Below the pieces are notes generated by a model. The model had not been told where the DNA came from, searched no databases, and saw only the letters and a program-made list of their open reading frames with translations. This document shows positions 25,193 to 32,000 of a stretch of DNA of 32,000 nt, in pieces. The first letter of the stretch is position 1. Every line of letters begins with the position of its first letter. Made by a program: the position numbers and the translations under genes. The stretch is from contig LT962688.1 in the NCBI GenBank assembly GCA_900234795.1, positions 2,100,001 through 2,132,000 of the forward strand, written 5' to 3'. Source of the stretch: Methylorubrum extorquens (lineage in GTDB: Bacteria > Pseudomonadota > Alphaproteobacteria > Rhizobiales > Beijerinckiaceae).

Positions 25193-25951
25193 TCAGAGAG
25201 CGGGTTTGAGCAGCAGATAGATGTCCATGATCCAGCCGTGGCGGGCACGGGCCTCGGCGCGCACCCGGCGGATTTCCTCGGCCACGTCACCGAGCCGGCC
25301 GGCGACGAGCAACTCGTCCGGCGTGCCGAGATAGGCGCCCCAGTGGATCGTCAGATCAGGGTCGAGCCTCTCGAAGCGCGGGTCGCCATCGAGCATCACC
25401 ACGAAGGCGCCGGGCTCCTCGCCCACGCCGTCGCGGAGCCGCCGGCCGGTGGTGATCCGCACCGGTTCGCCGATGCGATGGAGCGGGATGCGGTGGGCGG
25501 CGGCGAGCGCCTGCACGCTGGTGATGCCGGGGATCACGTCGTAGGTGAAGCCGACGCGGCCGCGGGCGAGCACGCGCTCCAGGATGCGCAGGGTGCTGTC
25601 GTAGAGGGACGGGTCGCCCCAGACGAGGAAGGCCCCCCGCTCGTCCTCGCGCAGATGCTCGGCGATGAGAGCCTCGTAGAGGGCCGCGCGAGCCGCGTGC
25701 CAATCGTCCACCGCCACGCCGTAATCCGCGGGGCGGCGGTCGCGCTCGGGATCGGCGGCCTCGACGAAGCGGTAGGGCCGCCCCTCGATGTAGCGGTCGC
25801 AGATCTGGCGGCGCACGCCGATCAGGCCGGCTTTGGCGTCCCCCTTGTCGAGGGCGAAGACCGCATCGGTCGCCTTCAACGCCTGGAGGCCCTGGATCGT
25901 CAGGTGCTCCGGGTTGCCGGTTCCGATGCCGATGACGTGGATGTGTCTCAC
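25193..25951 (-). CDS. cobF: Precorrin-6A synthase (deacetylating), CobF
   Basis: 252 aa, GTG start. IGIGTGNPEHLT, FLVWGDPSLYDSTLRILERV, YDVIPGITSVQALAAAHRIPL, HWGAYLGT and GWIMDIYLL follow the P. denitrificans CobF sequence as I recall it, almost block for block. Confidence 0.85.
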   Translation of the reverse strand: MRHIHVIGIGTGNPEHLTIQGLQALKATDAVFALDKGDAKAGLIGVRRQICDRYIEGRPYRFVEAADPERDRRPADYGVAVDDWHAARAALYEALIAEHLREDERGAFLVWGDPSLYDSTLRILERVLARGRVGFTYDVIPGITSVQALAAAHRIPLHRIGEPVRITTGRRLRDGVGEEPGAFVVMLDGDPRFERLDPDLTIHWGAYLGTPDELLVAGRLGDVAEEIRRVRAEARARHGWIMDIYLLLKPAL

Positions 25952-26079
25952 GGTTCACGCTTCCGGCCGGGCTTGGTCCCGGCGACATCCCCGCGAGGGG
26001 AGAGATGGAAGCGGCTTCTTAACGGATCCGGGCTAGTAAGGGAGCCTCCGGATCGGACGGCGCTCGGAGTGGCTGAGAC

Positions 26080-26169
26080 TCAGCCCACCAGCGCCGTGAG
26101 GCAGGTCCCGAACAGGGTGACGAAGGTCATCGTCGCCATGAACTTGATGTCGTCGATGCGCTGGCTCAT
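26080..26169 (-). CDS. Untracked 29-codon ORF encoding a small single-TM peptide
   Basis: My own translation gives MSQRIDDIKFMATMTFVTLFGTCLTALVG*. All 29 sense codons end in G or C, while the flanking non-coding DNA is visibly poorer in G+C. A GGAG lies 8 nt upstream of the ATG at 26169-26167. The peptide has a polar N-terminus and then about 19 hydrophobic residues. It is too short for the ORF track. Confidence 0.55.
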   Translation of the reverse strand: MSQRIDDIKFMATMTFVTLFGTCLTALVG

Positions 26170-26439
26170 TGCCTGAACTCCGTTGCGGCTCCTTCGCGGC
26201 CGCCGTGATCGTTAAATAACCCCTAACCTTGTGCAGTGGGATTGCGCGGTGCGTTTCGTCACCATTGCTCCCGCTATCCCGGAGGCCGCTCGGCGAAACA
26301 TCCTTAACGACGACTTGGCGGTTGACTGTTGCCGCCCGGCTGATCTGGGACATGCCGAACGCATGACGGCCCTCGTGGTTGCGTTTCGCTCTTCGCTTGA
26401 GGCGGCCAGGCGTTCCGCGCCCGCCGCTCCGGGAACGAG

Positions 26440-26472
26440 AAAGCCCCGCCGTGGCGAGCACGGCGGGGCTTT
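26440..26472 (-). terminator. Rho-independent terminator downstream of the IalB-family gene (also T-rich on the + strand)
   Basis: AAAGCCCCGCCGTG (26440-26453), loop GCGAG, CACGGCGGGGCTTT (26459-26472). The 14-bp stem is followed on the minus strand by UUUCUCGUU. It lies 30 nt after the stop at 26502. Confidence 0.8.
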
Positions 26473-26501
26473 CCTTGTCGAAGTTCGTGGAACGGCGCGG
26501 C

Positions 26502-27305
26502 TTACTTCGGCGCGGCGCTGGCGGCCGGGGCTGCGGGAGCCGGGGCGGCGCCGGCCGAACCCTGCTGTTCCAGCTTCTTGCGCATGTCTTCGCTGCGCTT
26601 CTCCATCTCGGCCTGGAGCTTCTTCTGCTGCTCCTCGAGCACCTTCGGGTCGATGGCCGGGCCGTCGAAGGCCTTGCCGAAGCCGGTGAGCGGCACCGCG
26701 AACACGACTTCGCGCTGGGTCTGGTTCTGGACCCGGACGTTGAGCGTCGTGCCCTTCTTGAAGCCGGTCATCAGCTCGTTCGAGACGCCGCCGGCCTCGG
26801 CGAAGCAGCCGTTGGGGAAGCAGACCGCGAACTTGCCGCCGGTCACTTCCTTGCCGTCTACATCGAAGCGCATGCCGGGCGCCAGCATCAGGCCGAGCGG
26901 CAGCAGGAAGCGGACGACCTTCACCTCCTGCTTCGTCGCAGCGTTCTTCATGTCGTAGACCGCGACGGCGAGCACCGGCTGGCCATTATCCGACACGAAG
27001 TCGCGGGTGGTGTAGCAGACGTCGGTGCCCGAACCCTGATCCTTGCCGCAGACCTTGGTCCAGTCAGCCTGGCTCGGCTCGGACTTCACATTGATGAGCT
27101 GCGGGCCGGCAGCCTGACCCTGCTGCTGGGCCGGGGCGGCCGGCTGGGCCTGCGCGGGGGCCGGGGCCGGGGTCGGAGCGGCCGGCTTCTTCTGCGCGAA
27201 CGCGGTTCCGCCCAGGCCGGCGCCCAGGCCCGCCATGGCGAGGATCGCGGCCACGCGCAGTGGGCGCGCGGAAGGCTTGGCCATGGAGAACTTGGCAAGG
27301 AACAT
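26502..27305 (-). CDS. Invasion-associated locus B (IalB) family periplasmic protein
   Basis: I chose the start MFLAKFSMAKPSARPLRVAAILAMAGLGAGLGGTAFAQ (ATG 27305, alternative 27284), which gives a signal peptide. WTKVCGKD... and FAVCFPNGCFAE are the conserved Cys blocks of IalB-family proteins as I recall them. Confidence 0.75.
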   Translation of the reverse strand: MFLAKFSMAKPSARPLRVAAILAMAGLGAGLGGTAFAQKKPAAPTPAPAPAQAQPAAPAQQQGQAAGPQLINVKSEPSQADWTKVCGKDQGSGTDVCYTTRDFVSDNGQPVLAVAVYDMKNAATKQEVKVVRFLLPLGLMLAPGMRFDVDGKEVTGGKFAVCFPNGCFAEAGGVSNELMTGFKKGTTLNVRVQNQTQREVVFAVPLTGFGKAFDGPAIDPKVLEEQQKKLQAEMEKRSEDMRKKLEQQGSAGAAPAPAAPAASAAPK

Positions 27306-27821
27306 CGGCGTTATGACCCCTTCAACGGATGGCGCGTAGATACGTGACGCGGTGCTCACTCGGTCCGCCGCGGCCTCGTGGGATGGCCGCAGGCCCGGCC
27401 GATCGGTCCGAGGCGCGGCCTTCCTGGCGGTGCGCCGGATCGGCAGAGGCAGCCTCGGGCGCGGCACGATTTCTACCCGAACGAGACGGCGGCCTGCTTT
27501 CCCCTGGAATGCGGCGAAGGCATGACGCCTGCGCCCTACACCCCTGCATCCGCCGCCTCAAGTCGCATGCCCGGTCCACTTGCGGATTAGATGGGCCGTT
27601 TGGCCGCTTTCTCGCCTCGAGAGGTCGTGTTCGGCCCCCGCCGGGGCACCAGAACCAGCCTCGGCGGGGCGGTTGACCAGGCCTCGAGCGAGGCCTGCCG
27701 CCTCGCCTCGCAGCCTGGGAGGCGGCATGGGCCGGTTTTCGAACAAGGGAACGATACTCTCGCAGGACGAGCCCGGGATTGCGTCGGCTTCACCGCGCGA
27801 TGACGCGCGTGCTTTGGCCGA

Positions 27822-28724
27822 TCAATCCAGATCGCGCAGGTGCCGCGCCGCGACCGCCGAGGCGGCGGTGCGGTTCTCGACGCCGAGCTTGGCGTAGATG
27901 CCTTCCAAGTGCTTCGTCACCGTGCGGGGGCTCAAGCCCAAGATCTCGCCGATGTCGCGGCTCGACTTGCCGCGGGAGAGCCACAGCAACACCTCAGCCT
28001 CGCGGCCGGTAATGGGCAGGCGCTCGCGCAGCCGTTCCAGCCCGGCGGCGGCGGGATCGCCGGAGAGGCGCAGCAGGATCTCCGGCCCGGTGCGGCCGAT
28101 GAAGCTCAAGGTATGGATGCGCCCCTGCGCGTCGGTGAGCGTGAGGGGCGCGGCGGTCCCAGCAAGGCACTTGGCCAGCCAGTCGCGCCCGCTCGGAGGA
28201 AGGCTCAGCGGCTCGCTCGCTCCCAGCGCGGCGAGCACCTGCGCGGCCTGCGGCGTGCACCACAGGACCGCGCCCGCGGCATCGACCGCGAACAAGGTGC
28301 GCCCGGCGGTGTCGAGCGCGGCCCGGGCGCTCTGCGCCGCCCGCGCGCTCGCGAGATGGACGCGGATGCGCGCCAGGATCTCGTCGGGGGCGATGGGCTT
28401 GGTAACGTAGTCGGTCCCGCCCGCGCCCAGGCCCTTCACGATGTGCTCGGTCTCCGACAGCCCGGTCATGAAGATGACGGGCACGTGGGCGAGATGGCCC
28501 TTGGCCTTGAGCCGGCGGCAGGTCTCGAACCCGTCCATGCCCGGCATCACCGCGTCGAGCAGGATGATGTCGGGGGTGATCTCCTCGACGAGGTCGAGGG
28601 CGAGGTCGCCGCCCACCGCCACCAGCACCGTGGCGCCGGAGCGCTCGATCGCCTCGGTGAGGAAGCTGAGCGTGTCGGGGGAATCATCGACGACGAGGAC
28701 GATGTCGCGCCGCGTGTTAGGCAT
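27822..28724 (-). CDS. Response regulator with REC, a PAS-like middle region and a LuxR-type HTH
   Basis: REC: IVLVVDDSPDTL...IILLDAVMPGMDGFETCRRLK...VIFMTG...DYVTKP. Middle: LDTAGRTLFAVDAAGAVLWCTPQAAQVL. HTH: ITGREAEVLLWLSRGKSSRDIGEILGLSPRTVTKHLEGIYAKLGV. The ATG at 28724-28722 overlaps the kinase stop (28719-28717) by 8 nt. Confidence 0.85.
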   Translation of the reverse strand: MPNTRRDIVLVVDDSPDTLSFLTEAIERSGATVLVAVGGDLALDLVEEITPDIILLDAVMPGMDGFETCRRLKAKGHLAHVPVIFMTGLSETEHIVKGLGAGGTDYVTKPIAPDEILARIRVHLASARAAQSARAALDTAGRTLFAVDAAGAVLWCTPQAAQVLAALGASEPLSLPPSGRDWLAKCLAGTAAPLTLTDAQGRIHTLSFIGRTGPEILLRLSGDPAAAGLERLRERLPITGREAEVLLWLSRGKSSRDIGEILGLSPRTVTKHLEGIYAKLGVENRTAASAVAARHLRDLD

Positions 28725-31700
28725 CGCGGGCCAACCCCTCCAGAACGCCGACATAGCGGCGCATGTCGTAGGCCGTCACCAGCCCGCGCATCTGCGCGAT
28801 GAAGGCGGGCGGCACGGTGGCGTCGGTCTCCAACTCGGTGAGCTTGGCCTCGATGCCGCGCACATGGCCGATGCGGCCGAGGCGCAGCAGCGCGGCGACG
28901 TGCTCGGCCGGCACGGCTCCGCTGCGCGCCGCATCGCCCTTCGCAGCTTCAGCCGGACGCTCGGGGCGCACGATCGGGCGGGTTTCCGGGGCGGGGCCGG
29001 GCAGCGGGCGCGCGGTTCCCAGAAGCCCGGTGATCCTCTCTAAAAGATCCTGCATGTCGAACGGCTTGGCGATGATGTCGTCATGCGGCGCATCCGCGCC
29101 GCGGCTCGGGCTGATCTCGTGGACATTGGCCGACATCATCGCGATCCGGGCGGTGAAGCCGGTCTCGCGCAGCGTTCGCGCCACCTCCCAGCCGCTCATG
29201 CCCGGCATGGCGATGTCGAGCAGAACCAGCGCCGGCTCGCGCGCCTTCGCCAAAGCGAGGCAGGCCGGGCCGTCCGGCGCCTCGGCGACCGTGAAGCCCA
29301 GGGGTTCGAGGATCTCGCGCATCAACGCGCGGTGGGCCGGATCGTCGTCGGCGACGAGAACGAGGCGGCCCGGCTCGGACAAGGCCGGCCGCATCACCGC
29401 CGCGGGGGTCGGCATCGCCGCGGGCGCCGGGCGGTTCACCGAGGCCAGCATCAGCCGCACCCGGAAGCAGGTGCCCTCCCCGACCCGGCTCTCGACGGTG
29501 ATCTCGCCGCCCATCACCTGCGACAGCAGATGCGCGATGGTCAGGCCGAGCCCGGTGCCGGGCGCCGCGCGGGCGGCGGGCATCGAGCCGCGCTCGAACG
29601 GCTCGAAGATCCGGCCGAGATCGGCCTCCGGAATGCCGAGCCCGGTGTCGCGGATCGTGAAGACGGCGACCTGCCCGCGATAGGTCATCTCCAGCGCGAC
29701 CTCGCCCTCGGGCGTGAACTTGATCGCGTTGGACAGCAGGTTGAGCAGGATCTGGCGCAGGCGTTTCTCGTCGGTCGCCACCACCGCCGGCAGGATCTCG
29801 GGCCGGGTGAAGCGGAAGGTCAAGCCCGCGCCCTCGGCCTGGAGCCGCACCATATCGACGATCTGGGCGAGGAAGTCGGCGAGCCGGATCTCGTTGCGGT
29901 GGGTCTGGAGCCGGCCTGCCTCCATCCGCGAGATGTCGAGCAGGCCGTCGATCAGGCCGGAAAGATGCTGAGCGCTGCGGCGGATCACCCGGATACCGTT
30001 GCGGCGGGGCTCCGGAATGCTCGGGTCGCCCTCCAGCAACTGCGCGTAGCCGAGCACGGCGTTGAGCGGCGTGCGCAATTCGTGGCTGATGCCGACGACG
30101 TAGCGGCTCTTGGCGAGGTTGGCGGCCTCCGCCGTCTCCTTGGCCTGCTGCAGCTTGGCGTCGGTAATCTTGTGGGCGGCGATCTCGGCCTCGTAGAGGG
30201 CGGTCTGGCGCGCGGTTTCCTCCTGCGCGACGCGGCGGCTCTCCTGAGCCAGCACGAACAGCCATGCGACCACGCCGAGAATGACGATCAGGATGAAGAA
30301 CAGGCTGGTGAGCGCCGCGCGCAAGGTTTCACCATGCTCCGGATGCGCGGCGGCGGCCCCCGCATGGACGATGACGAGGATCAGCCCGATCACCGTGATC
30401 AGGGTCAGCATCAGCGCGATGTAGCGGCCGAGCGGCGCGCCGATCCAGGCGGCGGTGCGGGCGGGCAGCACGCGGGCGAGCGCGTCGTGGGCTTGTACCT
30501 CCAGCCGTCCGTGCGGCTTGCACAGGTCGCCGCAGCGGGCATCGAGCGAGCAGCACAGCGAGCAGATCGGCCCCGAATAGGCCGGGCACTGGGCCATGTC
30601 CTCGGCCTCGAACGGATGCTCGCAGACCCGGCAGGTGATCTCCGTCCGATCCCAGGCAGTCTGCGGGTCGCGGGCGAGGTAGCGCTTGCCCCCGGTCGCC
30701 AGGGCGATGGCGGGTGCGGCGGCGAAGGCGGTGGCGAGCGCCAGCATCGGCGCGAAGGGCTGCAGCGCGTCGCCGAACAGGCCGGCATGGATCAGGCAGC
30801 CAGCGAGCAGCGAGAGCACCATCGCCCCAGTGCCCACGGGGTTGATGGCGTAGAGATGCGCGCGCTTGAACTCGATGCCCGGCGGCGACAGGCCGAGCGG
30901 TTTGTTGACGGCGAGATCCGCGGCGAGCGCTCCGACCCAGGCCGAGACCACGCAGGCATAGAGCGGCAGCGTGCTCTCGATGGTCTTGTCGATGCCGAGT
31001 TCCATCAGCAGCAGCGCGATGGCGACGTTGAACACGAGCCAGACCACCCGGCCCGGATGGCTATGCGTGAGGCGCGAGAAGAAGTTCGACCACGCGATCG
31101 AGCCGGCATAGGCGTTGGTCACGTTGATCTTGAGCTGCGAGATCACCACGAACAGGCCGGTCAGCGCCAGCGCGACGCCGGGCGAGCCCGAGACGTAGCC
31201 GAAGGCGACCGCGTACATCTGCGTCGGCTCGGCGGCGCGCTCCGGCGAGACGCCATGGCCGAGCGCCAGCACCGTGAGGAAGGCGCCGAGCAGGATCTTG
31301 AACATGCCGGGCACGATCCAGCCGGCGCCCGCCGAGAGCACCCCGACCCACCAGCGCCAATCGCCCCTCCCCTGAGGCGGCGGCATGAACCGCAAGAAGT
31401 CGACCTGCTCGCCGACCTGGGCCAGCAGTGCCAGCAGGATGCCGGAGGCGAGCCCGAACAGGCGCAGGTCGAAGCCCGCGCCCGCGGCTTCCAGGCCGGG
31501 ATAGCCGGTGAAGGCTTCGAACGGCACCGGCCCCGAGAGCCAGATGCAGAGGAGCGGCAGCAGGTTGAGGCCGATCCAGAGCGGCTGCGTCCAGAGCTGG
31601 AACCGGCTGATGAGGCGGATGCCGTAGATCACCAGCGGGATCACCGCCCCCGCACTGACGATGTAGCCGATCCACAGCGGCAGGCCGAAGCAGAGCTGCA

Positions 31701-32000
31701 GCGCCAGCGCCATGATCGCGGCTTCGATGGCGAAGAACAGGAAGGTGAAGCCGGCATAGATCAGCGACGTGATCGTCGAGCCGAGATAGCCGAAGCCCGC
31801 TCCGCGGGTCAGCAGGTCGATATCGACCCCGTAGCGCGCGGCGTAGATCGTGATCGGCGCGGCGGTCGCGAAGATGATGAGCCCGACGACGAGCACGGCG
31901 GCGAAGGTGTTGGTGAAGCCGGTGGCGAGCACCAGCGTGCCGCCGATGGCCTCCAGCGCCAGGAACGAGAGCGAGCCCAAAGCCGTCTGCGCGATGCGGA
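28717..32000 (-). CDS. Hybrid sensor histidine kinase: NCS1/CodB-like multi-TM permease domain, 8-Cys cluster, 2 TM, coiled coil, HisKA, HATPase_c, REC and a C-terminal helical tail; the 5' end lies beyond the right edge
   Basis: The frame stays open upstream of the tracked TTG at 31980 (..RIAQTALGSLSF), so the gene is truncated by the window. Permease-like blocks are GVDIDLLTRGAGFGYLGS and QVDFLRF. The H-box is GISHELRTPLNAV (His codon 30084-30082). G-boxes are DTGLGIP and GTGLGL. REC is LVLVADDDP...LVLLDIAMPGMSG (Asp codon 29217-29215). Confidence 0.85.
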   Translation of the reverse strand, partial: RIAQTALGSLSFLALEAIGGTLVLATGFTNTFAAVLVVGLIIFATAAPITIYAARYGVDIDLLTRGAGFGYLGSTITSLIYAGFTFLFFAIEAAIMALALQLCFGLPLWIGYIVSAGAVIPLVIYGIRLISRFQLWTQPLWIGLNLLPLLCIWLSGPVPFEAFTGYPGLEAAGAGFDLRLFGLASGILLALLAQVGEQVDFLRFMPPPQGRGDWRWWVGVLSAGAGWIVPGMFKILLGAFLTVLALGHGVSPERAAEPTQMYAVAFGYVSGSPGVALALTGLFVVISQLKINVTNAYAGSIAWSNFFSRLTHSHPGRVVWLVFNVAIALLLMELGIDKTIESTLPLYACVVSAWVGALAADLAVNKPLGLSPPGIEFKRAHLYAINPVGTGAMVLSLLAGCLIHAGLFGDALQPFAPMLALATAFAAAPAIALATGGKRYLARDPQTAWDRTEITCRVCEHPFEAEDMAQCPAYSGPICSLCCSLDARCGDLCKPHGRLEVQAHDALARVLPARTAAWIGAPLGRYIALMLTLITVIGLILVIVHAGAAAAHPEHGETLRAALTSLFFILIVILGVVAWLFVLAQESRRVAQEETARQTALYEAEIAAHKITDAKLQQAKETAEAANLAKSRYVVGISHELRTPLNAVLGYAQLLEGDPSIPEPRRNGIRVIRRSAQHLSGLIDGLLDISRMEAGRLQTHRNEIRLADFLAQIVDMVRLQAEGAGLTFRFTRPEILPAVVATDEKRLRQILLNLLSNAIKFTPEGEVALEMTYRGQVAVFTIRDTGLGIPEADLGRIFEPFERGSMPAARAAPGTGLGLTIAHLLSQVMGGEITVESRVGEGTCFRVRLMLASVNRPAPAAMPTPAAVMRPALSEPGRLVLVADDDPAHRALMREILEPLGFTVAEAPDGPACLALAKAREPALVLLDIAMPGMSGWEVARTLRETGFTARIAMMSANVHEISPSRGADAPHDDIIAKPFDMQDLLERITGLLGTARPLPGPAPETRPIVRPERPAEAAKGDAARSGAVPAEHVAALLRLGRIGHVRGIEAKLTELETDATVPPAFIAQMRGLVTAYDMRRYVGVLEGLARDA

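Noticed and set aside
23640-25220. 526-aa + ORF and other long + ORFs (25046-26176, 26379-27347, 27840-28802, 19961-21523, 16051-17319, 13674-15050)
   Set aside because: All are Arg/Gly/Pro-rich shadows opposite recognisable minus-strand genes (COG3904-like, cobF, IalB, the response regulator, rlpA, the dGTPase-like gene and argS).
25952-26437. Possible cobalamin riboswitch upstream of cobF and the small ORF
   Set aside because: I searched the minus strand for the conserved core (GGUG..AA-UCC..CCCGC-ACUGU, GCCACUG) and the B12 box (AGCCAGGAGACCUGCC). Only a weak resemblance exists (AAUCCCACUGCA) and there is no B12 box. An Infernal scan would settle this.
26231-26689. 152-aa + ORF in the cobF-IalB spacer
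   Set aside because: Its third-position G+C is low compared with real genes here. It reads straight through the 14-bp terminator stem and then runs antisense into the IalB gene.
1-32000. Scan for tRNA, rRNA, CRISPR arrays, IS elements, integrases, and defence or toxin-antitoxin genes
   Set aside because: I found no tRNA-like T-arm (GGTTCGAATCC-type) sequence in the intergenic DNA, no regularly spaced repeat array, and no transposase, integrase, nuclease or helicase-like ORFs. By eye, the window is mostly core chromosome.

Overview
This is a very GC-rich, gene-dense segment that looks like an alphaproteobacterial chromosome. The Rhizobiales / Methylobacterium-like assignment is inferred from composition and from the argS-SPOR-nagZ-tatABC synteny, and is not verified. 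Most long ORFs in the supplied track are antisense shadows of real genes, so I picked frames by protein plausibility, third-position G+C, start context and operon junctions.

Layout, left to right:
- 1-5851 (-): a sulfonate-sulfur (ssu) operon, ssuE-ssuA-ssuC-ssuB-ssuD, followed by two extra SsuA-like binding-protein genes. The middle one is frameshifted and neither is in the ORF track.
- 6261-7436 (+): a YdhP-like MFS transporter.
- 7443-8141 (-): a secreted repeat protein with a structured leader.
- 8291-14747 (-): tatC-tatB-tatA, nagZ, a SPOR-domain protein and argS.
- 14842-19805: a thioesterase, a Gly/Tyr/His/Arg-rich secreted protein, a dGTPase-like HD protein, erpA and a 632-aa secreted hypothetical.
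- 19979-21334 (-): rlpA.
- 21658-26169: the least housekeeping-like stretch. It holds a ParF/ParG-like (small ParA plus ribbon-helix-helix) pair with repeat-rich upstream DNA, a stand-alone PAS-like protein, a COG3904/ClpP-fold-like membrane protein, an isolated cobF and an untracked 29-codon membrane ORF.
- 26502-32000 (-): an IalB-family gene, then a REC-PAS-LuxR regulator translationally coupled to a large hybrid histidine kinase. The kinase's N-terminal half looks like an NCS1/CodB-type permease and it carries an 8-Cys cluster. The gene runs off the right edge.

I saw no rRNA, tRNA, CRISPR array, transposase or integrase, and no recognisable defence genes. The best candidates for something undescribed are the permease-kinase two-component module and the chromosomal ParF/ParG-like cassette. 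Both are hypotheses based on reading the sequence only.
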